Positions 29,926-39,761 are shown, counted from the stretch's first letter. The stretch: 64,000 nt of DNA from an uncultured Armatimonadetes bacterium (GCA_963716175.1 OY970296.1:2304001-2368000); one strand, 5' to 3'. Made by a program: numbers and translations. The notes: generated by a model not told the origin, from the letters alone.

Positions 29926-30687
29926 TTGGAAGCAGAGAAGCGGGGCGATCTGGTTTCCCACCTCACCGAGCTGCGGGCGCGCCTGGTGCGAGCCATCCTC
30001 CACGCTTCCCTCGGCATGCTGGTGGTCTGGATCTTCTACCGGCCCCTGTACGCGTTCCTGACCCATCCCATCACCGCCGGCATGAAGGCGGTCGGGGGCC
30101 AGCTCACTGTGCGCGGGCTGATGGAGGGGTTTCTCATCAAGTGTGAGATCGCGCTGGTGGGCGGCGTGATCCTCGCCTCCCCCTTCATCATCTACGAGGT
30201 GTGGGCTTTCGTGTCTCCCGGGCTCACGCGAAGCGAGCGGAGCGCGGTGGCCCCGCTGATCCCGGCCTCGATTCTGCTGTTCCTGATGGGCGTCGCCCTC
30301 GGCTACCTGATCACCGGCCCTTCCGTGGCCTGGCTGATGCTGTACGTCCCGCCGGACACGCGCGCCCTGCTCACCCTGAACGACACCCTGCTCCTGGTGC
30401 TGAAGTTCTATCTCGCCTTTGGCGCGGCCTTCCAGCTCCCCGTCGTGCTGGTGGTCCTGGCCAAGATCGGCCTCGTCAACTCTCGCCTGCTGAGCAAGCG
30501 CTGGCGAGAGGCCACGATCGCGATCTTCTTGATCGCGGCCATCATCACTCCCACCTGGGATCCGATCACCATGACCGTGTGCGCCATACCGATGGTGGTG
30601 CTCTATCTCGGAACCATCTGGATCATCAAGCTGATCGAGCGCGGCCACCGACGGGCCGCCAAAGCGGAGGAGTCGCCGGCAGGATGA
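29926..30687 (+). CDS. tatC: Twin-arginine translocase subunit C
   Basis: HLTELRARL, YEVWAFVSPGL, FQLPV, AAIITPTWDP. Confidence 0.93.
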   Translation: MEAEKRGDLVSHLTELRARLVRAILHASLGMLVVWIFYRPLYAFLTHPITAGMKAVGGQLTVRGLMEGFLIKCEIALVGGVILASPFIIYEVWAFVSPGLTRSERSAVAPLIPASILLFLMGVALGYLITGPSVAWLMLYVPPDTRALLTLNDTLLLVLKFYLAFGAAFQLPVVLVVLAKIGLVNSRLLSKRWREATIAIFLIAAIITPTWDPITMTVCAIPMVVLYLGTIWIIKLIERGHRRAAKAEESPAG

Positions 30688-31502
30688 TAGACATTCACAC
30701 CCACCTCATCCCCAATAGCGAAGTGTCAGGCTATGGGCCTTGCGTCACAGCCAGTGGGCTGATCGCGGCCATGGACGCCTGGGGCATCGCACAGGCCGTG
30801 GTGCTCCCTCTGGAGAGCCCGGAGTGCGACACCGAGTACGCCATCAGCGCGGAGGTCTTCGCTAGCTGCGAACAGCACCCGGATCGGCTCATCCCCTTCG
30901 TCGGCGTGGACCCGCGAGCCCAGCAGGCGTTGGCCAAGATTCGGCGCTATCACCGGCGGGGGGCGAAAGGCTTCGGCGAGCACAAGTGCGGCCTGGCCAT
31001 GGACGACCCGCGGTCCATGGCCGTCTACCGGCTGTGCGGCGAACTCAAGCTGCCCGTGCTCTTCCATATGGACCCCGACCTGAACCGCGACGAGCCCGGG
31101 CTACCCCGCCTCGAGCGCGCGCTGCGCGAGTCCCCGGACACCCTCTTCATCGCCCACGGCCCGGCCTGGTGGTCAGCCATCTCGGCCGACGATCCGCATG
31201 ACGGCAGCTATCCCACCGGATCGGTGAAGCCGACTGGAGCGGCCGACCGCCTGCTCTCCGACTACCCCAACCTCTATGGCGACATCTCCGCCGACTCCGG
31301 CCACAACGCCCTCACCCGCGACCCGGCCTTCACCGAGGGCTTCCTCGCCCGTCACTGGCGCAAACTCCTCTTCGGCACCGACTTCTTCCACGCCGGCGAC
31401 GTGCCGGCGCAGATGGAGTGGCTGCGTAGCTACCCGATGTCGGAGGACTGGAGGGAGGCGATAGCGCGGGGAAACACTCAAGGGCTACTGCAGCGGGGGT
31501 GA
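30684..31502 (+). CDS. Amidohydrolase family 2 protein
   Basis: IDIHTH, GFGEHK, PVLFH, LFGTD. Confidence 0.88.
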   Translation: MIDIHTHLIPNSEVSGYGPCVTASGLIAAMDAWGIAQAVVLPLESPECDTEYAISAEVFASCEQHPDRLIPFVGVDPRAQQALAKIRRYHRRGAKGFGEHKCGLAMDDPRSMAVYRLCGELKLPVLFHMDPDLNRDEPGLPRLERALRESPDTLFIAHGPAWWSAISADDPHDGSYPTGSVKPTGAADRLLSDYPNLYGDISADSGHNALTRDPAFTEGFLARHWRKLLFGTDFFHAGDVPAQMEWLRSYPMSEDWREAIARGNTQGLLQRG

Positions 31503-31525
31503 ACTGAGTGAGGATCGAGCACTCA

Positions 31526-31628
31526 CTAATGATGTTCGCACAACAAGTAATGTGCGAACATCGCCCTGTACCTGTCTGGGCCGCTTCTTGAGCTTCGCCG
31601 CGTTACTTCATTCGGCGAAGCTCCTTAG
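31526..31628. repeat. Double-hairpin repeat family B, copy 2
   Basis: GATGTTCGCACA..TGTGCGAACATC and GAGCTTCGCCG..CGGCGAAGCTC; homologous to 812-915. Confidence 0.75.
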
Positions 31629-31862
31629 ATGGGGACGAGGTTGGAGGAAGACACTGACCCCGCCGGAGGATTCCAGGGGAAAGGGCAAGGCCAAGAGCAC
31701 TCTCGGCAACGGGGTTAGCGGGTCCGTAGAGCTGCTGTCGCAGGTGGTAACGCTGAAGTCAGCCAGGGAGGCACGGCCATCTGAGGCGTGGGCATAGTTC
31801 AGTGGACGTTCTGACTCGTCTCAGCAATGGCCACGTTGACTTCAGACTGCTTCGCCTGGCGG

Positions 31863-32060
31863 CTACCGGTGGCGCAATGGCTCGCCGACCAGCCGCGGCG
31901 CCAGCTCCAGGTGGCGCTCAGAAAGCATGTTCTGTCTGCGCCGCCTCTCAAGACCACGCCTGAAAGCGGCTTCGACCTGCTCGTGCCAAGGGATCACTGC
32001 CTCTGCCCAAGCGACGGCCCGAAGACGGGCATTCGCCGCGGCCCTGCTGTGCCTCACCAT
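31863..32060 (-). CDS. Possible small hypothetical protein
   Basis: GGAGG before ATG/GTG; 65-aa Arg-rich ORF; no family recognised. Confidence 0.3.
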   Translation of the reverse strand: MVRHSRAAANARLRAVAWAEAVIPWHEQVEAAFRRGLERRRRQNMLSERHLELAPRLVGEPLRHR

Positions 32061-32440
32061 TGCCTCCGTTATCCCTACCTGTCCTACCCGTCGAACTGCA
32101 ACCTGCTCCGTACTACAGATACACCAAGAACCCACGTCGCGTCGGTCGGAAATCCGACGAGACCTGCAGTGATAGCTGCCTTTGTCATCCCAAACGTGCA
32201 AAAAGGCAGTGATCGTCGCACAGATCACAGCGTGATGGTCTGATGAGGGCACATGGACCGATCCAAGCGGCCCGGACCATGTGTGCGGAAGCTCGGGACC
32301 GCCTTTGACAGGGACGAGCGGTCTCCGCGCAGGTTGACCGCTATGGGCGGCGCGGTCTCACGCTCGCCGTCTCCTGCATCGGAGTAGGGCTGAGCCGCGG
32401 GCAGGAGCGGCTGCGGTGGCGCGGCAGTTGACGCCGCGCG

Positions 32441-32650
32441 TCAGCTTGCCCACTCCAGTAGCTCGGCACGGACCTCTCGCCCCTCCTCCGTCGCCTGCAG
32501 GCAGAGCAAGCCCAGGTACTGATCTTGGCAGGCCTCGGCAACGAGGTAGAACTCCTGGCCTGTGCGGACATACTCGTCCATCTTCGCCAGACAGGTCGCG
32601 ATCGCGATCTCGTCATCAGAGTGCGGGGCGGCAGCGCGGCGACGGAACAT
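32441..32650 (-). CDS. Small hypothetical protein
   Basis: 69-aa ORF 9 bp after chrA stop, coding-like codon usage. Confidence 0.45.
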   Translation of the reverse strand: MFRRRAAAPHSDDEIAIATCLAKMDEYVRTGQEFYLVAEACQDQYLGLLCLQATEEGREVRAELLEWAS

Positions 32651-32659
32651 AGGTGGCGC

Positions 32660-33838
32660 TCACCATCCCAGCCACTTCACCGCCAGCCCGACAGCGCCGC
32701 CTCCGAGCACGAGCCACAGGGAGTTCACGCGAAATCGCAGCAGCAGCACAGCGCTCACCCCGGCCAGCACCAAAGTCGTGACGCTCACGATGGCAGCTCG
32801 ACCGAGCTGCCAGGTCACCACCGCCATCAGCGCGAGCGAGGCGACGTTGACGCCGTCGAGGAAGGCGCCGGCAGTCTTCGAGCGGCGCAGCCGCGGCACG
32901 AGCGGGCCGCTCGCGGCAACAAAGACGAACGCGGGTAGGAAGATGCCCAGCGTGGCGAGCGCCGCGCCAGGCAGACCGCCCAGCATGTACCCGATGAAGG
33001 TGGCCGTGGTGAACACCGGCCCGGGCGTTACCTGACCGACGGCCACCGCGTCCAGGAGTTGGCTCTCCGTCATCCAGTGCAGTCGGTGCACGAGATCCGC
33101 CCGCAGGAAAGCGAGCAGGACGTAGCCGCTGCCGAACAGCACGGAGCCTATCTTGAGGAACGTCAGGAACAGGATGCTGAGGCTGAAGGAGGCGGCCGTC
33201 CCCATGGCCACGCCGGCTGCCGCCAGCCCTGGCATCGCGAGCAACGCCGCCGGCGGCCTCTCCCGGGTTCGACGCGCCCATTGCGGTGCCGCGGCCAGCG
33301 CTCCAGCGATGGCCAGCAGCGCGATCTCATTCACCCCGAAGTAGCTCGCCACGGCGGCGGCGACGCCTAGCACCGCGAGCAGCCGGGTCTTCACCGCGCT
33401 CCGCGTGAGGCCCCACAGTGCCTGGAGCACGACCGCGATGATGACCGGCTTCACACCATAGAGAAGGGCGTCCGTCTCCGGCAGGGATCTGAAACGCACG
33501 TAGCTCCAGGCGAAAGCGAGCACGATGAGCGCCGCCGGCAGGATGAAACACGAGCCCGCGACCAGCAGCCCGGGCCAACCCCCGCGGCGGTGACCGACGT
33601 GAATGGCCATCTCGGTGGAGTTCGGACCTGGGATGAGATTCGTGGCGCCGAGCAGGTCGAGGAACTCCTCCCCCGTGAGCCACTGCCGGCGGCGCACGAC
33701 CTCATCCTCCATCATCGCAATGTGCGCGGCCGGACCCCCGAAGGCCGTTGTCCCGAGCCGGAGAAAGAGGAGCGCCAACTCGCGGAGAGCGCGCCGACGG
33801 GATCCCCTCGTTCCGTCGGCCGGCGCCAGCTCACCCAT
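32660..33838 (-). CDS. chrA: Long-chain chromate efflux transporter
   Basis: FGGPAAHIAMM, IPGPNSTE, FGSGYVL, GQVTPGP. Confidence 0.93.
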   Translation of the reverse strand: MGELAPADGTRGSRRRALRELALLFLRLGTTAFGGPAAHIAMMEDEVVRRRQWLTGEEFLDLLGATNLIPGPNSTEMAIHVGHRRGGWPGLLVAGSCFILPAALIVLAFAWSYVRFRSLPETDALLYGVKPVIIAVVLQALWGLTRSAVKTRLLAVLGVAAAVASYFGVNEIALLAIAGALAAAPQWARRTRERPPAALLAMPGLAAAGVAMGTAASFSLSILFLTFLKIGSVLFGSGYVLLAFLRADLVHRLHWMTESQLLDAVAVGQVTPGPVFTTATFIGYMLGGLPGAALATLGIFLPAFVFVAASGPLVPRLRRSKTAGAFLDGVNVASLALMAVVTWQLGRAAIVSVTTLVLAGVSAVLLLRFRVNSLWLVLGGGAVGLAVKWLGW

Positions 33839-34295
33839 CGCGGCGCGCCAGCCTTCGGGCAAGGGCCGAGTCGAGCGACCAGGCCCCAGCGCCGACAGCA
33901 AGCAGGAATAGCAGGCTCATGAACATGGAGTAGTCGGTTCGGGCGGGATCCTCCATCGCGAAGAAGCCGCTCTTCAGGAGGATGGGCACTTTGGTCGTGG
34001 CAATAGCCACGCTGATGTCAATGAGCAGTAGCACAGCCCCCAGCCGCGTGAGCAGCCCGAACAAGAGCAGCAGCCCACAGACAATCTCGACCACTCCCAC
34101 AAACGGGCCGGTGAACTCCGGGAAGGGGATGCCAATCCTGGCAAAGCGCCCGACGCCCCACTGAGCGGCGAACAGGAACTTCTTCACCCCTTCGGTGAAG
34201 AACACACCACCGGCAAGGAATCGGATGAGAATCGCTGCCGCTGGAGCCTGGCTAGCTATGAGAGCGGCGGCCCATCTCCGGAGTGTTGCGCTCAT
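33831..34295 (-). CDS. DoxX family membrane protein
   Basis: GRFARIGIPFP, GLLTRL, ARTDYSM, GAGAWSLD. Confidence 0.88.
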   Translation of the reverse strand: MSATLRRWAAALIASQAPAAAILIRFLAGGVFFTEGVKKFLFAAQWGVGRFARIGIPFPEFTGPFVGVVEIVCGLLLLFGLLTRLGAVLLLIDISVAIATTKVPILLKSGFFAMEDPARTDYSMFMSLLFLLAVGAGAWSLDSALARRLARRDG

Positions 34296-34385
34296 CGCTT
34301 TGGCCCGAACTGGGAAGGATACCTGCCGCCACTCGGCTTGAGCCAGGTGGCGAAGTGCCGTCATTTGCAGAGCAACGCTCGCGCT

Positions 34386-34413
34386 ATTCTGCGGGGCGCA
34401 AGCAAGGTGTCAA
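34386..34413 (-). promoter_or_regulatory. Promoter for doxX-chrA
   Basis: TTGACA-16 bp-CAGAAT. Confidence 0.55.
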
Positions 34414-34673
34414 TGCCCTTCTAGCGACATGGAGACCGATGGGCCCTCACGTGTGTCGGCGCGACGTCTCTGGCGCTCCAGAGAGACTCCTTCCTTCGTC
34501 AGCCAGATCGCTTGGGAGGGGCATTGCGCGAGGCACATCCCGCAGCCGGTGTACCGGGCCTCGCGCGACGGCCCGCGCCACTCCCCTCCGCTCCCAACTC
34601 GAACCCGAGCACCCGGCCCCTTTCATCGCCTCGGGGAGTGGCCATCACAACAGGAGTCGGGTGTGAGCAGGCA

Positions 34674-35195
34674 TCAGCGCTCGATCAGGAACCCGGCGAC
34701 GCCAGCCCCAATCACCACGTAGACCGCGTCCACCTTGTATCTCACGAGCAGAACCAGAGCGGCTAACACCAGGAGCAGGAGGCGCCAGTCGAACCACACG
34801 GTGGAGCGGGCGATGGTGAAGGCGGCCATGAGCAGCATCGCCACCACCGCCGGCAGCACCCCGCGCAGGAAGCCAGCAACGCGGGGGTTGCTGCGAAGGC
34901 GGATCAGCTGCCTTGCCGCCAACGCCGTCATGAGAAATGACGGCAGGAAGACCGCCAGCGTCGCCACCACGGCTCCGGCCACTCCCTGCACCTTGTAGCC
35001 GATGAAGGTAGCCGAAATCAGGATGGGGCCGGGGGTGATCTGGCCCAAGGCAATGGCGTCGGCAAACTGCTGCTGGGTCAGCCAGCCGTAGTGGCGGACC
35101 ACCTCCCGCTGGACAAACGGGATCATCACGAAGCCGCCGCCGAATACCACGGCCCCGATCTTGGCGAAGACCAGGGCCAGCCGCAGCAGGTTCAC
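34674..35195 (-). CDS. Short-chain chromate transporter subunit
   Basis: FGGGFVMIP, GQITPGP, ATFIGY. Confidence 0.9.
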   Translation of the reverse strand: MNLLRLALVFAKIGAVVFGGGFVMIPFVQREVVRHYGWLTQQQFADAIALGQITPGPILISATFIGYKVQGVAGAVVATLAVFLPSFLMTALAARQLIRLRSNPRVAGFLRGVLPAVVAMLLMAAFTIARSTVWFDWRLLLLVLAALVLLVRYKVDAVYVVIGAGVAGFLIER

Positions 35196-35779
35196 TGTGC
35201 CACCGCCTTCGGCTTGGGCATCAGGAGCAGCGCTCCCATCGCGCCGCACCCCAGCACCAGGATGACCAGGTTGGCGTGGAGCACGGCCGCGGCGAGGGCA
35301 GCCAGCGCCAGCACTGCTTGCGCCCCGCTCTTGAGGGATGATCTGCCAATGCGATAGGCGACCGAGAGCACCAGGGCAACCACGGCCGCGTTCAGCCCCT
35401 TGAACACCCCGTGCAGTTGTGGCACCTGGCCGTAGTGCAGGTAGGCGATGGTGAGACCCAGCATGATGGCAAAGGCGGGGAGCAGCAGCGCGAGCAGGCA
35501 GACCGTCGCCCCTGCCCATCCGCGCAGCCGATACCCAACGTAGACCGCGGTGTCAACGGCGATGGGCCCGGGCAGGAGGTTGGCCAGGGCCACTCCGTCA
35601 GCAAACTCCTCCTGGCTCAGCCAGGACCGCCGTGTCACGACCTCCTGTTGGAGGACGCCGACCATACCCATGCCGAACCCGGTGGTGCCGACCTTCAGCA
35701 TCAGGCCCCCCAGCTGCGGGAAGGTTGCCTTCCGGTGATGGCGCCAAGCGTCTGCAGTGGGACCGCTGGTGGCATTCAT
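35192..35779 (-). CDS. Short-chain chromate transporter subunit
   Basis: EEFADGVALANLLPGP, VGYRLRG; overlaps partner gene. Confidence 0.9.
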   Translation of the reverse strand: MNATSGPTADAWRHHRKATFPQLGGLMLKVGTTGFGMGMVGVLQQEVVTRRSWLSQEEFADGVALANLLPGPIAVDTAVYVGYRLRGWAGATVCLLALLLPAFAIMLGLTIAYLHYGQVPQLHGVFKGLNAAVVALVLSVAYRIGRSSLKSGAQAVLALAALAAAVLHANLVILVLGCGAMGALLLMPKPKAVAQ

Positions 35780-35801
35780 GTCGTCACCCCAATCGCTCCT
35801 C

Positions 35802-36167
35802 TCACCCGGACTTGAGGTCGAGGACGGGGCTGCCATCGCGTGCGTCCAGGTCCTCCACGACCAGTCGGTTGCCCTCACGGCGCAGCAGCCGCACCCGGGT
35901 CATCCCGATCGGGTTCGGCCTCATCGGGCTGTGAAGCGCGAAGACACCTCGCTTGGGCCGGCTGCGATCGCCCATGGGGTGAGCGCGGAGGATCTGCCGG
36001 TCCTTGGGAGCAAGCTCGTGCATCCAGTAGAGGACCCAGAGGTGCTCTAGCTGCTCCACGCCCTCCAGACCGTCGAGGAACTGCGCATAGATCTCGACCT
36101 CGGCTGCTTTCCCCTCGGCTGCTGCCTGCACCTGCCCAATCGGCCGTACCTCGATACTCTCGGTCAT
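35802..36167 (-). CDS. TsaA/TrmO-like SAM-binding domain protein
   Basis: RGVFALHSPMRPNPIG, LDARDGSPVLDLK. Confidence 0.88.
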   Translation of the reverse strand: MTESIEVRPIGQVQAAAEGKAAEVEIYAQFLDGLEGVEQLEHLWVLYWMHELAPKDRQILRAHPMGDRSRPKRGVFALHSPMRPNPIGMTRVRLLRREGNRLVVEDLDARDGSPVLDLKSG

Positions 36168-36209
36168 CCCATCCCTCCGATACCAAAGCGAGACCTGCGC
36201 ATGTCCTGG

Positions 36210-36911
36210 TCAGTGCGCCACGTAGATCAGATACAGCCCGCCACATAGAACCAGCACCCCGCACACCTTCCCCAGGACGTCGGCCCCGCGCGAGCGTTCA
36301 TTCCAGCGCAGATACTGCTGCACCGCCTCGGTCGAAGCGCCCGCGGCGACGATGACCGAGCAGTGGCCAAGGCCGAACGCCAGCAGCAGCGCGGCCGCGG
36401 ACACCAAGCTCGTGGCCGCCACCCGGAGGGTGAGGCCGAGCATGGGCGCCATATAGGCGAAAGTGCACGGCCCGACGGCCACGCCGAAGATGAGCCCCAG
36501 GATGAAGCCAGCAAGGAGCCCGCGCTGCTTCACTCCCAACTGCCCTGGTCCCGACCAGGGGAGGCGGACCACCCCGATGAGGTGTAGGCCTACGGCGAAG
36601 AAGATGAGAGCAACCAGGTAGTTGCCGTATCTGCCCACATCTCCCATCATCCGGCCGAGCGCAGCAGTGACCGCGCCGATGAGCGCAATGGTCGTGAGAA
36701 TGCCCACCGCGAACGCAATCGAGATGGCCAGCGCGCGCCGGGCAGTCAGGTTCGGTCGTTCACCGATGAACCCGACGATCAGCGGAATGCTCGACAGGTG
36801 ACAGGGGCTCAGCAAGATGCTGAGCATCCCCCAGACGAAGGCCGCGCCCAGGCCCAGGGCGGGCGTGCCCTGGACTGCGCGCGTGAGGGCTGTCAGCAGC
36901 TGGTCCACCAC
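36210..36911 (-). CDS. ccdA: CcdA/DsbD-family transmembrane thiol-reductant conduit
   Basis: LSPCHLSSIPL and GPCTFAYMAP Cys motifs; multi-TM. Confidence 0.88.
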   Translation of the reverse strand: MVDQLLTALTRAVQGTPALGLGAAFVWGMLSILLSPCHLSSIPLIVGFIGERPNLTARRALAISIAFAVGILTTIALIGAVTAALGRMMGDVGRYGNYLVALIFFAVGLHLIGVVRLPWSGPGQLGVKQRGLLAGFILGLIFGVAVGPCTFAYMAPMLGLTLRVAATSLVSAAALLLAFGLGHCSVIVAAGASTEAVQQYLRWNERSRGADVLGKVCGVLVLCGGLYLIYVAH

Positions 36912-37141
36912 TGCTTCGTACCCAGCCTGCGCAGCATCGCGTCAGCGGCAAACCAGCTCATCGCGCCGCCCTCAGTCAGCTGCGGCAGAGCTTTGGGTCT
37001 GGCGGCGTGCGCCTGCGACCCCAGCGGGGCCGGAGACCATGGCACAGAGACCGTGCTGGCGCGGTTCCGCTTGCCAGCGAGCACAACCACTACCGCGACG
37101 AACAGGGCAACAATGACAAGGATCTTCCAGGCCTCTCGCAT
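36893..37141 (-). pseudogene. Membrane-anchored thioredoxin-like gene relic lacking its CxxC domain
   Basis: N-terminal TM plus ALPQL then abrupt C-terminal tail; position upstream of ccdA. Confidence 0.5.
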
Positions 37142-37269
37142 GGATCAGCATGCTCCTGTCATGGAATCCGTCCGGGGACACCGTCAAACGCGGATGGTAG
37201 GGACCTGGCCGCTGGCCCAGCGCGAGGCATCCCCGGTGTGCATCGCCCAGCGCCGCGGCCCAGGACGGC

Positions 37270-37388
37270 TGCCTGACCCGCAACCAGCTTCTTGATCTTG
37301 TCGGAGCTCAGCACCCGGCCTGCTGGACATTAGCCAGCAGCTCTTTACATCTGGCGCAGCCAGTTCCGACTATCTGCAGTTTCACCAT
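37270..37388 (-). pseudogene. Small redox-active disulfide protein relic with internal deletion
   Basis: MVKLQIVGTGCARCKELLANVQQA fused out of frame to GRVLSSDKIKKL; AGGAGGT RBS. Confidence 0.75.
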
Positions 37389-37429
37389 CTACCTCCTATC
37401 CCCTCGCCGCATCCCTGCCCCGCCCTCGA

Positions 37430-37575
37430 TCACAGGACGGCGACCTTCAGGCCGAACATCGCCAGCAGCATCACCAGCGCGACCTCGTTCACCAGCGGGG
37501 AGGAGATCAGAAATGAGAAAGTCACCCGCAGGGGGATGCCGGACTCCACAAAACCGATGAACAGCGGACAGGCGC
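37430..37575 (-). pseudogene. ArsP/DUF318 permease internal fragment
   Basis: PLFIGFVESGIPLRVTFSFLISSPLVNEVALVMLLAMFGLK. Confidence 0.8.
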
Positions 37576-37646
37576 GAGCAGGTAGTATCGCCAGGAGGCC
37601 GCCCTGGTCTCAGACCGTAGTTGTGTTCGCCAGATATCCTCGACCA

Positions 37647-38390
37647 TCAAGCCTCATCCTGTGTTCTTGAGAGCTGACTGCCACCCCGGCGCAGGTGGGC
37701 CGCGAACTCGTGCGGGAGATCCGTGGCCTCGATAGCCCGCGCCGCGGCCTCGACGTCATAGGGCACACGCGGGAAGGTCGCCCGGAGGTCGTCCCCCAGC
37801 TCGACCAGGGCGTAGCCGACGCGTGGGTTGCCACCCCTCGGGCGGCCGGCGCTGCCCACATTGATCAGATGCATGTCCCCGACGCGTCGGTGGTAGGGAA
37901 GATGGGTGTGGCCCACGAGTACCACGTCCGCCTCCAGCCCCGCGAGCATCCTCTTCAGGCTGCGCTCGGGCCGATCCTCATAGAGATACTCGTTCAGCCG
38001 GCGCGGGCTGCCGTGCACGCACAGTACCCGCCATCGCTTGAAGGTGAAGCGCAGCTCGCGGGGCAGGGCTCGCAGCCAGGCCTTGTTCTCCGGGCTCACG
38101 GTCGCTCGGGTCCAGCGCAGAGACCGGTCTCCCCTCTCCGCGTCCACCGGATCCGTGTAGGCGCAGCCGCATTCCTCGCGGTCGAAGCCCACGCCGTCGT
38201 CGTAGTTGCCGGTGACGGTGGGGATGCCGGCCTCTCGAACGGACTGGATCACCTCGTTCGGGAAGGCGCCGTAGCCCACCAGATCGCCGAGGCACACGAT
38301 CTGGCCGGCCGCGTGCCCGGCGATATCGCGGAGCACCGCCTCCAGTGCATGCAGGTTCGCGTGGACGTCAGAAAACGCGGCAATCAGCAC
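37647..38390 (-). CDS. Metallophosphoesterase
   Basis: SDVHAN, GDLVGYG, GNYD, HGSP, GHTH. Confidence 0.92.
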   Translation of the reverse strand: MLIAAFSDVHANLHALEAVLRDIAGHAAGQIVCLGDLVGYGAFPNEVIQSVREAGIPTVTGNYDDGVGFDREECGCAYTDPVDAERGDRSLRWTRATVSPENKAWLRALPRELRFTFKRWRVLCVHGSPRRLNEYLYEDRPERSLKRMLAGLEADVVLVGHTHLPYHRRVGDMHLINVGSAGRPRGGNPRVGYALVELGDDLRATFPRVPYDVEAAARAIEATDLPHEFAAHLRRGGSQLSRTQDEA

Positions 38391-38403
38391 CCCGCCCTCC
38401 GGT

Positions 38404-38592
38404 TCATCTGTGCGGCATACCCATGGAGGGCCCTTCGAATTCGGGCCTGCAACTGGACTTCAGGCGCAGATCGATCTTGGCCTTGACCGCCAGCTTCAGG
38501 AACTCGAGTGCGCCCTTCTCGTCATGGTCAATGAGGATCTCCTCCAGCCGGATCTGCTCAGCATCATCCAGTGTCACCGTCACGTTCGGCAT
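38404..38592 (-). CDS. Small hypothetical protein in ars cluster
   Basis: 62-aa ORF with AGGAGG RBS, in operon spacing. Confidence 0.75.
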   Translation of the reverse strand: MPNVTVTLDDAEQIRLEEILIDHDEKGALEFLKLAVKAKIDLRLKSSCRPEFEGPSMGMPHR

Positions 38593-38616
38593 GCGACGCG
38601 CCTCCTGAGCGGCAGC

Positions 38617-38946
38617 CTACTCCGCTGCCATCGTGATCGTCACATCTCTGGGCAGGGCCACCCGCGCGGCGGCCTGAAGGGATTTGAAGACGCCGACCGG
38701 CACCGCGCACCCGGCGCAGCACCCCGACAGGCTGGCGCGCACCGCGTTCATCACCACACCGCCAAACCCGGCCCCGATCTCATCGTAGGCGTCGATCTCC
38801 CTGCCTTTGAGGGACTCGGCCAGCCCCGCGATCTTCTGGCAGTCGGTTTCGATCTCAAGGGTCACCATCTGGTCATCCGGGGAATGGGCCGTGATCGTGG
38901 TGGTGAAGCCGCAGACGCCGGCCTGCACTCGCGCAACGCAGTTCAT
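38617..38946 (-). CDS. Cys-rich conserved hypothetical (DUF6951-like)
   Basis: AGVCGFTT, TDC, CCAGCAVP, ALPRDV motifs. Confidence 0.75.
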   Translation of the reverse strand: MNCVARVQAGVCGFTTTITAHSPDDQMVTLEIETDCQKIAGLAESLKGREIDAYDEIGAGFGGVVMNAVRASLSGCCAGCAVPVGVFKSLQAAARVALPRDVTITMAAE

Positions 38947-39743
38947 ACTGGGCCTCCCGAGGGCGACTTCCGTGCTGTCACGTGAATGCTAGTCACCGCT
39001 GCCACCAGTTCCGACTCGTCCAGTCCCTGGCCGCAGCAGTCGCTGGCGAGCAATGGAGCAGCATCGGCCTCGGATACGACACGAACCTCCTGTAGCCCCG
39101 CAGCCGCCAGCCCAGCCAGGTACTCAGAGCGGGTGACGGCCCCAGAGACGCAGGAGCAGTAGGCGCCCTCATCGCCCTTCAGCGATTCGGGCAGGGGGCC
39201 CTCCAGGACAATGTCGGAGAGCGCCACTCGTCCCCCTGGCTTGAGCACGCGCACGATCTCCTGGAACGCGCTTGGCTTGTCCGGCACTAGGTTGAGGACA
39301 CAGTTGCTGATCACCAGGTCGGCCGACGCGTCCTCCACGGGCAGACTCTCGATATCGCCCAAGCGGAACTCGACGTTGGCGTAGCCACCCTTGACCGCAT
39401 TGGCGCGCGCCTTCTCCACCATCTCCGGCGTGATATCCACTCCGATCACGCGGCCCGTGGGGCCCACGCGGGCTGCGGCGAGGAAAGCATCGAGCCCGGC
39501 CCCGGAGCCGAGGTCAAGCACGGTCTCGCCCGGCTGAATGGTGGCGAGCGCGAGGGGATTGCCACAGCCCAGGCCGAGGTTCGCCCCGGCCGGCGCCCCG
39601 GCCAGGTCCTCTTGAGTGTAGCCGATACCCTCGGCCGCGGTGGATGCAGCATCACAGCAGCTCAACTGCCCGCAGCAGCCTTGGTGTGCGCCTTCGGCGA
39701 TAGCTCCGTAGCGCTCTTTCACCCATTGCTTTGGTTGAGACAT
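38943..39743 (-). CDS. arsM: Arsenite methyltransferase
   Basis: [31 protein letters not shown]; N-terminal CC pairs. Confidence 0.92.
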   Translation of the reverse strand: MSQPKQWVKERYGAIAEGAHQGCCGQLSCCDAASTAAEGIGYTQEDLAGAPAGANLGLGCGNPLALATIQPGETVLDLGSGAGLDAFLAAARVGPTGRVIGVDITPEMVEKARANAVKGGYANVEFRLGDIESLPVEDASADLVISNCVLNLVPDKPSAFQEIVRVLKPGGRVALSDIVLEGPLPESLKGDEGAYCSCVSGAVTRSEYLAGLAAAGLQEVRVVSEADAAPLLASDCCGQGLDESELVAAVTSIHVTARKSPSGGPV

Positions 39744-39761
39744 GCCAGCTACTACCTCCCT

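Noticed and set aside
31899-31908. CGCCAGCTCC as an att duplicate of the tRNA-Ala(GGC) 3' end
   Set aside because: Only 10 bp and in the opposite orientation to the tRNA, so not a direct repeat.
32240-32280. Hammerhead ribozyme core CTGATGA followed by a GGGC/GCCC stem
   Set aside because: The required GAAA after stem II is absent (GGAC).
37308-37320. Gly-Cys-TGA as a selenocysteine motif in the small thioredoxin
   Set aside because: The expected C-terminus GRVLSSDKIKK lies in another frame, so the TGA results from a deletion frameshift.
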